Shown piece by piece: positions 43,559 through 54,154 of a stretch of 64,000 nucleotides of DNA. Source of the DNA: Nitrosopumilus sp. Its GTDB lineage: Archaea > Thermoproteota > Nitrososphaeria > Nitrososphaerales > Nitrosopumilaceae. The notes below the pieces were generated by a model. It made no database searches. It saw nothing but the letters and a program-made list of their open reading frames with translations, and was not told the DNA's origin. The first letter of the stretch is position 1, and each line of letters opens with the position of its first letter. The position numbers and the translations under genes are program-made. The stretch is taken from assembly GCA_965238275.1 (NCBI GenBank), contig OZ250186.1:1408001-1472000 (forward strand), written 5' to 3'.

Positions 43559-44682
43559 AGGAGTTGTCGCGTAATCGATCTATGCATAGATTATGATGTA
43601 TCTCAGTTCCTCGGCACACTCCATCCTGTTGAGAACCCCCAGGCTCCAACCGATTGCCTTGAACAGCCCGAACTTCCTCTGGTTTGCTTTCTTCCGGAAC
43701 CTGCAGTAAACTGGTGGTGTTCGGTCTCCTCTGCCCCATAGATCCCCTCTGTCATTCATGCCCCGCCTCTTGTAGATGCCGGGCTCGAAGATCTTTGCAG
43801 CCCTTGTCCTGAAATGTTTCCCCCGCCCTTTGCATACCTTCTCTGCTTGATGTTGGGCAGCAGCAGCAGCCTGCTGACGGCGTCTTTTCTCTGCTTGATG
43901 TTGGGCACCATGCCCATCCAGAACAGCTCCTCGACGTTGTAGTCGGCGTCATACCCGCGGTCTGCATCAAAGACGCTCCCCGAAAAGTCATACCCGCGGC
44001 GCCTGATCTCGGCCAGCATGACGGGCAGCATCGTGACGTCGTTGACGTTACCCGGCGTGGTAAACGTGGCCAGCACAATCTGTAGTCCCAGGATGGCCGT
44101 TATGTGGTATTTCCAGTAGGTTTTTTGACGCATCTCGACGAAGTCACGCTCCTTTTTGTAGGGTTTTTCGATGTTTTCGTACCTGGTAGTCTCCACCCCA
44201 CTGCTGTCTGCGCCCAGCGGGCCCGTCGCGCCGGCCGCCTCGGCGATGCAGCGGCGGGCAGTCTCGGCCAGTATCAGGTCCATCCAGTCCGGCGGAATGG
44301 TCTGGAGGTGCCTGACCATCGTGGTGTGGTCCGGAACCGGCTCGTCGTCCCAGGGAGTCCGCATGTCGCGCAGGTCTGATTCGATCCTGCGGAAGGTGTT
44401 GTTGTAGGCCATCATCAGCAGGCAGGCAAAATCCATCTTGTCCTTGGAGTGGATCCTGGGACGGCCCCTGTTGCCGTTTTCGGGGCGCGGGCAGGGGTTC
44501 TCTCGAATCATTTCAATCAGCGTCCTCCTCAGGTGGGATGCCTCGACTTCGTTTGCAAGTTCGTAGTACTGCCAGTATCTTTCCCGTCGGTTGTGTTTGA
44601 TCATTACCGCGTGCGGGCGATCATGGGATCATTGAATGTATCGGACGAGATTAGCAGCCAAAGGATTTACGCACCAACCTCC
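43559..44682 (-). mobile_element. IS5/IS4-like (DDE_Tnp_1) element, transposase disrupted
   Basis: Transposase 44604-43756 (PDHTT, ADSSG, DADRGYD); internal 19-bp duplication and frameshifts in the 3' part; imperfect IR GGAGTTGTCGCGTAATC / GATTTACGCACCAACCTCC. Confidence 0.85.
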
Positions 44683-44690
44683 GCCCGGGC

Positions 44691-46137
44691 TAGTTTGTTG
44701 CACAACCTCGTCGAACCCATGGACGTGGGGAAGTACTGCCAGTACTGCCACCCTTCCTACGCCCTCATGATTGCCTCCCGTGCCACGTCCAGCAGTTCAT
44801 TGTATATCCTGACCTTGATTCCGATCTCGTTGATTATGTTCTTCATGGTTCTGGCCATCACAAAGTCGCCAAACCGCCTCTTGAACGCGGAGAATACTAT
44901 CTCTACAAGCCACCGGCGGCCATAGCCTACCTTCCGTTTCCATTCCTTTTGGTTCTTGGAGCGCTCGTCGGCGTCCAGTGCGGAAAGTTCCTTGGGCCCG
45001 TGCTTGCTGCCGCACAGCTGATCCTGCGCAGCCAAGGCGCGCGCCCGGCCCTTGCCATTTGATCTGGAATTGGAATTCTGGCGTACCTTGATCAGCGAGT
45101 AGATCCCGAGATTCTTGCACAGCGAGTGGATCTTCCGGGTGTCATATCCTCCGTCACCCAAGACGGCTATGACGGATTCTTCCAGATTCCCAGCCGTGCT
45201 TGCGGCATTGATTGCCTGTTCGATCACGTCTGACTCCCTCTGGGGTTGTCGATCCCCTTGGCCCTTCCTGTCAGATGACGGGGACTGTGCCGGGTCCTTT
45301 TTGTCAGCCGACCCTCCCCCCTGCCGGGCGTTCCTGCAGAGCCTGCCGGCGTCGATTCCGAGGCACTCCAGCGAGTCCTCCAGGAGGCCCTCAAACTGCG
45401 GAGAATCTCCCGTGCGTTCGTCAGTCACCTTGAATGCCACGATCTTTTGCGTGTCGTGCTCGATCATGACGCTCAGCCTGATCCAGCCCCGCTTTACCTT
45501 GTGCTTGTGGCGCATCCAGTCGCTGCGCGTGGAAGGCGTCAGTCCCGTGCCGTCAGGGATCAGCCGCATGATGCTCCCCTTGCTCCTTACCTCCACGCAT
45601 CCCTCCGCGCTTGTGACATTCATCTTGTTGATTCGCCTGCACAGCGTGGTGTGATCCGGGGCATCCCCCTCCCCCAGGGCACTTATCGCCAATCCTTCGC
45701 AGGGCCGGTACGCGAGCTTGAGCTTGTACCTCACCCCGGCGATTGCCATTATGGTCAACTCGGAGTAGTCAAAAGGGCGCCCGTTTTTCTTCTCCCGTGT
45801 TCATCCTGGCAAGATCCTTGGCAGAATCCGGATCGGGGGCCAGGAACAGCAACATTCCCTGTTCTATGTACCTCGCGTCGTTCTGGGAATGGGTTATGTG
45901 GAGCCTGGATTTCTTCCCGCCTGTTTCCTCTACATCTGCCACGTACATGTGGGGGTAGGGTGATCTTTGTGCCTTTTGGGCAAAAAAATTGACGGTTTTG
46001 GCGGATTTTTGTCAACCTGCAGTGGCCACATGCACATACACTATTCTTGTCTCCCGTATGCCCGGCAGATTCTGCCTGCAGGAATGCCCAAGGCCACAGG
46101 AGTGGGGTGATTCTAGGCAGGGTTGTGCAACAAACTA
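44691..46137 (-). mobile_element. IS5-family element with perfect 17-bp TIRs and 8-bp TSD
   Basis: TAGTTTGTTGCACAACC (44691) / GGTTGTGCAACAAACTA (46121); flanked by GCCCGGGC at 44683 and 46138. Confidence 0.92.
44757..45948 (-). pseudogene. IS5-family transposase, frameshifted near 45795
   Basis: MYVADVEE...LARMN in one frame joins KNGRPFDYSELTIM...PDHTTL, DGTG, GDGGYD, RRWLVEIVFSAFKRRFG in another. Confidence 0.85.
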
Positions 46138-46189
46138 GCCCGGGCATAAAACTTAAATTCACATTATTGCGGATTCAACGAGGGTTAAA

Positions 46190-47353
46190 ATTACTATAAA
46201 ACGATCAAACCACGCACAAAAGTTTGGAAAGCTGGTTTTTGACGACGGAACCGTTCTTGACGGTAATGGGTTTGGCAGCTCCACGACAGGGTTTGGCGAG
46301 ATTGTATTCAATACCGGGATGGTCGGGTATACCGAGGCGCTGACTGATCCCTCGTATAACGGCCAGATCCTGACACTCACGTACCCCCTGATTGGAAACT
46401 ATGGCGTTCCGGATCCCGGCGCAGTTGATGCTGACGGAATCCCCAAATTCTTCGAGTCTGACAGGATACAGGTCCGGGGGCTGGTGGTCCACGAGCTGTC
46501 CCTTGTGGCAAGCCACTGGAACCTCTTCATGACGCTTGACCAATGGATGCACAAGGAGGGAATCCCGGGAATATCCGGAATAGACACGCGCCAGCTTACC
46601 AAGAAGCTCAGAACCGGCGGCGTGATGATGGCAGCGCTTGCAGTCTCTGACTCTGAGATAGACGTCAAGCAGGTGCAAGAGGGCCTTGCATCCGCTGCGC
46701 ACTACGACTCTGAGCAGTTCATGGATGCAGTATCCACAGGACAGGCAAAAACCTACGGGGATGAGTCCGAGTGCGTGGTGGTGATTGACACTGGCGCAAA
46801 GAATGCAATACTGAGAAACATCCGCAGCATAGGATACCGCGCAGTACTGCTCCCGTGGAACACCCCGTACGAGACGGTAATGTCGTACCGGCCGCGGGGC
46901 GTGGTGCTGAGCAGCGGCCCGGGGGATCCGCAGAGGTGTCCGGAGACCATCGACACCGTAAGGCAGCTGATGCGCAACGACGTTCCGACCCTTGGAATAT
47001 GCCTGGGTGCGCAGATAATGGGAATTGCAGGAAACGCCGATACGTACAAGCTAAAGTACGGGCACCGGGGACAGAACAAGCCGTGCCTCAACCTGGAGAA
47101 CAACCAGGTGTATGTCACAAGCCAGAACCATGGCTACGGCATAACGCCGGAATCCCTTGAGGGTTCCGAGTTTGACTTGTGGTTTACAAACGCAGACGAC
47201 AAGACAGTCGAGGGGATAAGACACAAGACGCGCAGCTGCATTGCTGTGCAGTTCCATCCCGAGGCCGCGCCAGGCCCGCACGACTGCAAATTCGTCTTTG
47301 AAGAGCTCAAAGGCCTTATGGAGAAGGAGGAGGGGTGTCCTGCCAAAGAATGA
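46190..47353 (+). CDS. carA: carbamoyl-phosphate synthase small subunit
   Basis: GKLVFDDGT..GEIVFNTGMVGY, GICLGAQ, GHRGQN, QFHPE; conserved N-terminus lies upstream of the first ATG. Confidence 0.95.
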   Translation: MTIKRSNHAQKFGKLVFDDGTVLDGNGFGSSTTGFGEIVFNTGMVGYTEALTDPSYNGQILTLTYPLIGNYGVPDPGAVDADGIPKFFESDRIQVRGLVVHELSLVASHWNLFMTLDQWMHKEGIPGISGIDTRQLTKKLRTGGVMMAALAVSDSEIDVKQVQEGLASAAHYDSEQFMDAVSTGQAKTYGDESECVVVIDTGAKNAILRNIRSIGYRAVLLPWNTPYETVMSYRPRGVVLSSGPGDPQRCPETIDTVRQLMRNDVPTLGICLGAQIMGIAGNADTYKLKYGHRGQNKPCLNLENNQVYVTSQNHGYGITPESLEGSEFDLWFTNADDKTVEGIRHKTRSCIAVQFHPEAAPGPHDCKFVFEELKGLMEKEEGCPAKE

Positions 47354-50300
47354 GTCGCTAAAGAAAATTCTTGTACTGGGCAGTGGGGCAATAAAAATCG
47401 GAGAAGCCGGCGAGAGTCGCTAAAACGACCGCCAGTTTGACTACTCCGGTAGCCAGTGCCTCAAGGCAATACGCGAGGACGGACTGAAGAGTGTGCTTAT
47501 CAACCCAAACATAGCCACCATTCAGACTGACACCAGGTTTGCAGACCAGGTGTACCTTCTTCCCGTGACGCCCGAGTACGTGGAATCGATCATAGAAAAG
47601 GAGAGGCCAGACGGCATAATGCTGGCATACGGTGGGCAGACTGCGCTGAACTGCGGCGTAAGGATCTCCGAATCCGGCATACTGCAAAAGTACGGCGTCG
47701 GCGTCCTTGGAACCCAGATAGAGGGGATTCAAAGGACCGAGGACCGGCAGCTCTTCAAGGATGCGATGACCGGGATAGGGGTGCCTGTGCTCAAGAGCAG
47801 GACGGTTACAAACTTTGCAGACGCCAAGAATGCCGCAGAGGAGCTGTCCTACCCCGTGATTATTCGGGTGGCCTACACCCTGGGTGGCAGGGGCGGGGGA
47901 GTGGCGCACAACGAGATCGAGCTGTACGAGATAGTCGAGCGCGGCATCAAGGCAAGCATGGTGGGCCAGGTGCTCATAGAGGAGTACATCGGGGACTGGA
48001 AGCAGATAGAGTACGAGGTGATGCAGGACTATGACGGAAACAACATAGTCGTCTGCAACATGGAAAACGTCCTCTCCATGAGGGTGCACACGGGGGACAA
48101 CATAGTGGTTGCCCCGTCCCAGACGATCGACAACCACGAGTACCACATGCTGCGCTCGGCTGCCCTGCGCGCCACAAAGCATGTCCGGATCGTGGGGGAG
48201 TGCAACATACAGTATGCCCTGGCGCCCGACTCGGACCGGTATGCGGCAATCGAGATAAACCCCCGCCTTTCGCGCTCCTCTGCCCTTGCAAGCAAGGCCA
48301 CAGGATACCCCCTTGCATACATGTCTGCCAAGATAGGCCTTGGCTACAACCTGTCCGAACTGGTCAACCGAATCACAAAGAGCACCACTGCCTGTTTTGA
48401 GCCGTCCCTTGACTACGTGGTGTGCAAGCATCCGCGGTGGGACTTTTCAAAGTTCGAGCTTGCCAACAGGAGGCTGGGCCCCTCCATGAAGTCCGTAGGC
48501 GAGGTGATGGCAGTCGGCCGAACATTTGAGGAGTCGCTGCAAAAGTCAATCCGCATGCTTGACATCGGGCGCGACGGGCTGGTCCTGAACCGGGAGAACG
48601 GCAGGACGTACGACGAGGAGGAGATAGAGGAGAAGCTCTCACACCATGACGACTGCATACTGTACCACGTGGCCGTTGCGCTGAGGATGGGCATACCGGT
48701 GGACAGAATCTACCACCTGTCTGCAATAGATCCGTGGTTCATTGAAAAGATAAGGAACATCGTGGCCGTGGAGGATGCCCTCAGGTCCCGGGAGCTTGAT
48801 GCGGGCCTTCTCTGGAATGCAAAGAGGATGGGGTTTGCCGACAAGCAGATTGCGCGTGCAAAGGACAACTGCACGCAGGATTCGGTGCGCGCCCTGCGCA
48901 AAAAGCTTGGCGTGCTGCCGTCAGTAAAGCAGATAGACACGCTTGCAGCAGAGTGGCCTGCCGTAACCAACTACCTGTACATGACGTACGGGGGGGACTC
49001 TTCTGACATCAGGGTGTCGCCTGACGAGAAGGGAATCGTCGTAGTCGGCGCCGGGCCGTACCGGATAGGAAGCAGCGTGGAGTTTGACTGGGGGACAGTC
49101 AACATGGTCTGGGGGCTCCAGGAGAACGGGGAGAAGAACGTCTCTGTGGTCAACTGCAATCCCGAGACGGTGTCGACTGACTATGACATATGCACCAGGC
49201 TGTACTTTGAGGAGCTGACCCAGGAGAGGATCCTGGACATTACCGAGTTTGAGAACCCAAAGGGGGTCATCACGTGCGTCGGGGGGCAGACTGCCAACAA
49301 CCTCACCCTCGGGCTCGCCGAACACGGCGTGCCAATCCTGGGAACAAGCGCGCGCGACGTGGACATGGCAGAGAACCGCTCAAGGTTCAGCGGGGAGCTT
49401 GACAAGCTTCACATACAGCAGCCGCGGTGGCAGGAGTTCCTGAGCCTGAAGGAGGCAAGATCCTTTGCGCAGGACGTGGGGTTCCCCGTGATAGTCCGTC
49501 CCTCGTACGTCCTGTCGGGGGCGGCCATGAAGGTGGTCTGGTCGCAGGGCGAGCTGAAGAGGTACGTCAAGGAGGCCACCGACGTCTCGCCGGATCACCC
49601 CGTGGTGATATCCAAGTTCATGCTCGACTCCCTCGAGGTGGACGTTGACGGGGTCTGCGACGGGAGCCGCGTGGTGATAGGCGCGCTAGTCGAGCACATC
49701 GACAGTGCCGGGGTGCACTCCGGCGATGCGATGATGTGCATCCCGCCGTGGCGCCTGAGCAACAAGATAATCGAGACGATAAACGAGTATGCAAAAAAGA
49801 TAGCCCTGACCTTCAACGTGCGCGGCCCGTTCAACCTGCAGTTTCTCATACACGACGACCACGTGTACGTGATCGAGCTTAACATCCGGGCCTCGCGCTC
49901 CATGCCGTTTGTCTCAAAGCTTGTCCGGACCAACCTGATATCCCTTGCATCCAAGGCGATCCTGGGCATGCCGCTGCCTGCGATACCTGAAAACAAGTGG
50001 CAGAGGATAAGCAACTTTGGAATCAAGGTCCCGCAGTTCTCCTTCATGCAGCTTGACGGGGCAGACATCGCGCTGGGAGTGGAGATGCAGTCGACGGGGG
50101 AGGCGGCATGCTTTGGAAACAGCTTTTATGACGCCCTCTCCAAGGGGCTCACCTCGGTGGGCTACAACCTGCCCAAAAGCGGCGCGGCCCTGGTGACTGT
50201 GGGCGGCGCGCAAAACAAGAAGGCCCTCGTCGCAACCGTTGCCAAGCTCAGGGATCTGGGGTTTAGAATACTGGCGACAGAGCACACTGCAGAGTTCCTC

Positions 50301-50606
50301 CAGGAGAGGATCGGAGACGTGGAGACTGTACACAAGATATCAGAGCCTGACAGGAAGCCCAACATCGCGGATCTTCTCTACGAGAGGACCATAGACTTTA
50401 TCATAAACATCCCTAGCACCTCCACGCTTGAAAAGTACGTCGGGATGCTTGAAGACGAGTACCAGATTAGGAGAAAGTCACTGGAGCTTGGCATTCCGGT
50501 GCTGACTACGATCGAGCTTGCAGAGTCGTTTGTAAACACGCTGGAGTGGCTCAAGACAAACCAGACCACAAGGGAGCCCATCGAGCCCTACGACAAGCTC
50601 GACTAG
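47340..50606 (+). CDS. carB: carbamoyl-phosphate synthase large subunit, join(47340..47414,47436..50606)
   Basis: PKNESLKKILVLGSGAIKIGEAGE | FDYSGSQCLKA.. contiguous after removing 21 nt; two ATP-grasp domains plus MGS domain. Confidence 0.95.
47415..47435 (+). other. putative BHB/BHL-type archaeal mRNA intron
   Basis: AGTCGCTAAAACGACCGCCAG with in-frame TAA; 4-bp helix GGCG/CGCC, 3-nt bulge AGA, internal stem GTCG/CGAC. Confidence 0.85.
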
Positions 50607-50634
50607 AAAGAATCCGCGGCATTATCTCCTGCTG

Positions 50635-51396
50635 CTATAACACCTGGTTAATGGCCGACTCGTTTCCTATTATGGTCCCGTCAAGGGTCACTATCCTTGC
50701 CCTGACTGACCCCCCCTCGAGCCTGTCGATGATCGGCGAGATCGATCTTCTGTGCCCGCCGCCGCCCCTGTGCGTCGCATAAAAGTACCTGTTAAACGAG
50801 GGCAGGACGATTATCTCCATCGGGCCTGACCTGTCCGGGAATATGCACTCCTTTTGCGCCATTATGGACACCCAGACCCTCTGTCCGTTGACCACCGAGC
50901 CCTCCTCAAAGAACACCGGGTGCAGGTGGCCCATGATGATCCCGTCCACGTGCGAGAATTTCTCAGAAGGCATCGTGTGCCCGTGGGTCAGCAGGATGTT
51001 CTCCTGGACCATCCCCGTCTGGCTGATCATGGTGACGCCGTCGGGGACCAGCCTCTGGATGTTGGCATCGTGGTTTCCAGGAACCACCACCACGTCGCAC
51101 TTTGCCTTGATCTCGTCAAGAAACCTTGGAACCTCCTCCCACTCGCTCCTTGAGATGCCTCTGATGGTTGACTTTATGTCACCCAGCAGCACCACCGAAT
51201 CCGGCCTCTCCGCATCTATCATGTCTGATACCTCCTGTATCGTCTGGTTTATGGTGGAGTTTTTTCCCACAAAGATGTTGTTTGCAGCCATGCTGCCTTC
51301 AAACCCTATGTGGATGTCTGAGACTATCAGGGTCCTCTCCTGGCCCTCCAGAATCAGGGCCGGCTTGCCTGGAACGATCCTTGTCTGGGGCATCAA
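50635..51396 (-). CDS. calcineurin-like metallophosphoesterase
   Basis: SDIHIG, LGDIK, PGNHD, THGH, GHLHP. Confidence 0.9.
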   Translation of the reverse strand: MMPQTRIVPGKPALILEGQERTLIVSDIHIGFEGSMAANNIFVGKNSTINQTIQEVSDMIDAERPDSVVLLGDIKSTIRGISRSEWEEVPRFLDEIKAKCDVVVVPGNHDANIQRLVPDGVTMISQTGMVQENILLTHGHTMPSEKFSHVDGIIMGHLHPVFFEEGSVVNGQRVWVSIMAQKECIFPDRSGPMEIIVLPSFNRYFYATHRGGGGHRRSISPIIDRLEGGSVRARIVTLDGTIIGNESAINQVL

Positions 51397-51427
51397 GGTT
51401 ATACCGTACGCATCCGATTAAACACTT

Positions 51428-51733
51428 GTGAGCAGGGATTCCAAAAAGGCTGAGTCCATCGTGTCTCAGAGGGGGGTAAAGATGCATGTCTTTGAGCCCA
51501 GCAACAGGCGGGTCTGGACTGTGGTGGGCAGGAAGGAGCGCTGGATAAACCCCGAGGTTGGTTACTGCTCGTGTCCGGGATTCTACTTTGCCAACATGCA
51601 CGGGAGGCCGGGCTGCTACCATCTGGATGCTGCAAGGCTTGCCATGATGGAGGGGGCAGGCGCCGTTGAGAGGATCACCTTTTCTGACGAGGAGTTTTAC
51701 GACTTTGTACTGGGACTGGTATCGGAGATGTAG
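51428..51733 (+). CDS. SWIM zinc-finger protein
   Basis: YCSCPGF...CYH. Confidence 0.8.
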   Translation: MSRDSKKAESIVSQRGVKMHVFEPSNRRVWTVVGRKERWINPEVGYCSCPGFYFANMHGRPGCYHLDAARLAMMEGAGAVERITFSDEEFYDFVLGLVSEM

Positions 51734-51791
51734 CCTGCCTGCCTGCCTGCCTGACGGAATCTGTTAATAACCCGGAATCCTGAGGACTGTC

Positions 51792-52043
51792 ATGAATGAT
51801 GATCTGCTGAATGCCGAGATAGAAAAGATTGCCAACCTCATGGTTCATGACCATGTCTCTGCAGACGAGCACGATGTCGCGGTGCTCGAAAAGTACCGAG
51901 ACCAGGTGAAAAGCGACTGCAGTCTTGATGACGAGGCTGCAATGAAGCTGGTCTATGAGACCCTGCTGTACAGAAAGCTCAGGAGCGCCGAATCAGGCAA
52001 CGTACTGGAAAAAGGAAACGAGTTTGGTGCGGGATTCAGCTAG
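51792..52043 (+). CDS. conserved hypothetical protein
   Basis: 83-aa ORF ending FGAGFS. Confidence 0.7.
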   Translation: MNDDLLNAEIEKIANLMVHDHVSADEHDVAVLEKYRDQVKSDCSLDDEAAMKLVYETLLYRKLRSAESGNVLEKGNEFGAGFS

Positions 52044-52046
52044 CTA

Positions 52047-52346
52047 CTAGCCCAAGGGAACCTGGTCTATGTCATCCTTTGAGACGCCCTTCCAGAGGCC
52101 GATCATGCCTTCTGGCTCCACGTCGATGACTCCTGTAATCTGCTGGATCTTGATATGATCCGGATTCGGCGGCATCCACAGCATTGCCATGTAGTCGCCC
52201 ACCTTCCCGACCTTGTCTGGCATTGCCATGACTATCTTGTCTGCGGCAAAGCCTTTTGTGGCAAGGGCGGTTGCTGCTTTTTCCCTGAGGTCCATCCTTC
52301 CGTGCAGGAAGAGGTAGACGTCCTTTTGGGCATCAATGTCAGTCAT
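52047..52346 (-). CDS. conserved hypothetical protein
   Basis: 99-aa ORF with typical codon usage. Confidence 0.7.
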   Translation of the reverse strand: MTDIDAQKDVYLFLHGRMDLREKAATALATKGFAADKIVMAMPDKVGKVGDYMAMLWMPPNPDHIKIQQITGVIDVEPEGMIGLWKGVSKDDIDQVPLG

Positions 52347-52447
52347 GATGTTGCTGATCCCTCTGGTTAAATCAACCTTTCCTCATGCGGCGCATCCGGC
52401 GTGCGCATCCAAAAAGGGTTAAATTAGAACGCACAGGAGTGGGAGTC

Positions 52448-52741
52448 GTGAAGGTTATGACTGTAGGCAGCAAGTCGTTTGTAACCAGTTTTCAGCTGGC
52501 AGGAGTGCCTGGAATAATCACCGCGACTCCTGATGCTGCCCTCGGAGAGATCAGGAGGCTTACTGACGACCCGGATGTTGCGCTGGTATTGGTCAGCGAC
52601 GACATTACAGCGAGGATCAGCGACGAGCTGACGGCGCTCCGCACAGAAAAATCCGCCCTAGTCTTTGCACTGCCTGCGGCAGGTAGCGGAAAGACTGACG
52701 TGGACTATCGGGCCATGCTCAAGAAGATTCTTGGCGTATAA
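52448..52741 (+). CDS. atpF: A/V-type ATP synthase subunit F
   Basis: KVMTVGSKSFVTSFQLAGV...LKKILGV; SD-like GGAG upstream of GTG. Confidence 0.85.
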   Translation: MKVMTVGSKSFVTSFQLAGVPGIITATPDAALGEIRRLTDDPDVALVLVSDDITARISDELTALRTEKSALVFALPAAGSGKTDVDYRAMLKKILGV

Positions 52742-52774
52742 TCTACTTATAATCATCCCCTGTAACATCCCGCG

Positions 52775-53803
52775 ATGAAGAGCGTGTCTGTCAAGGAACC
52801 GTCTGTGGTGTCTGTCGATGACGTCCAGGGATCCGTTCCCGGCCCAGGCGACATACTGGTTCGGATGCATGCGTGTGGAATATGCGGATCCGACCTGGAA
52901 AAGGTCTACGGACAGTACGGACAGCCGTCAATGCGGCTGGGCCACGAGCCTGCAGGCGTGATATCCAAAACAGGTTCCGGCGTCGAAGGGTTTGAGGTGG
53001 GGGACAGGGTGTTTACGCACCACCACGTGCCATGCTATGACTGCCACCTGTGCCGTCACGGAAGCGAGACGATGTGCCCCAGATACTACGAGACAAACCT
53101 CTCCCCGTGCGGCCTGTCAGAAGAGTATGTTGTGCCTGCATGGAACGTACTGCACGGGGGCGTACTGAAACTGTCTGACTCTACAAGCTTTGAGGAGGCT
53201 GCGATGATTGAGCCCCTTGCATGCTGCATCCGGGCCTGGAGAAAGTGCAGCCATCAGAAGGGCGACTCGATTGCAGTCTTTGGGGCAGGGCCGACCGGAA
53301 TGATGCACCTGCTGCTTGCCCGGGCAAAGGAGTTCTCAAGGATATTCTGTCTTGACGTGAATGACTTCCGGCTGGACTTTGCAAAAAAGTTTGGAGTCAC
53401 CGGGGCGATAAATGCTGCTGACAAAGACAGGCAGAAAATAATCATGGATAATACTGGTGGGGAGGGCGTGGATGTTGCAGTGGTTGCGACAAGCAGCCTT
53501 ACGGCCCTTGAGGACGCAATATGCGTGACAAGACGTGGCGGCACCGTCATGATGTTTGGCGTCCCGTCAAAGGGCGCCACGATAAACCTGGACATGGGCA
53601 GAATCTACTCCCGGGAGATTACGCTGGTTACAAGTTATGCAGCCTCGGACAGGGACACGGCAGAGGCGCTTGAGATGATCGAATCCTCACAGATTGATGT
53701 CGGGGGATTAATCACCCATACGTACGGGATTGCCGACTCACAGAAGGCGTTTGACCATGCCCGCAGCGGGGATCGTGCCATGAAGATAATCATTACCGGA
53801 TAA
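52775..53803 (+). CDS. zinc-dependent (MDR) dehydrogenase
   Basis: CGICGSD, GHE, CYDCHLC..C, GAGPTG. Confidence 0.92.
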   Translation: MKSVSVKEPSVVSVDDVQGSVPGPGDILVRMHACGICGSDLEKVYGQYGQPSMRLGHEPAGVISKTGSGVEGFEVGDRVFTHHHVPCYDCHLCRHGSETMCPRYYETNLSPCGLSEEYVVPAWNVLHGGVLKLSDSTSFEEAAMIEPLACCIRAWRKCSHQKGDSIAVFGAGPTGMMHLLLARAKEFSRIFCLDVNDFRLDFAKKFGVTGAINAADKDRQKIIMDNTGGEGVDVAVVATSSLTALEDAICVTRRGGTVMMFGVPSKGATINLDMGRIYSREITLVTSYAASDRDTAEALEMIESSQIDVGGLITHTYGIADSQKAFDHARSGDRAMKIIITG

Positions 53804-54154
53804 CATCCGAATTGGATGTCCGGTCATGGCATGAATTAAAAACAACATGATTTGATTGTGCCATTATTTCATGATTGTTTTAATCTCGTCGCTTGTCGAT
53901 CCGTTTAATTTTCTGGCCATATGATAAATGACGTTCACCGTTTTTCATATTCATTTTATAATGACGCGCAAGAATTCATGTATAGCATAGTATAGGCCAG
54001 AACAATCCGCTCACCTTTGGCTAAATTAACCATATAACCATGCACTTGTCAAACCTGACGTGGTTGAAACCACGGCCTGCACAGAAATCAGGCCACATGC
54101 AAACAAAGATCCGTATTATTTCACACGCAAGAATAAATTTTCACACTAATGTGG

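Noticed and set aside
47421-47423. Stop-codon readthrough (Sec/Pyl) in carB
   Set aside because: The stop is TAA, and readthrough would add 7 residues within a highly conserved motif
47493-50606. carB as an N-terminally truncated gene or pseudogene
   Set aside because: The conserved N-terminus is present upstream in the same frame and the interruption has splice-motif geometry
52448-52741. Isolated atpF as a novelty
   Set aside because: Split A-ATPase gene clusters are ordinary in this archaeal group
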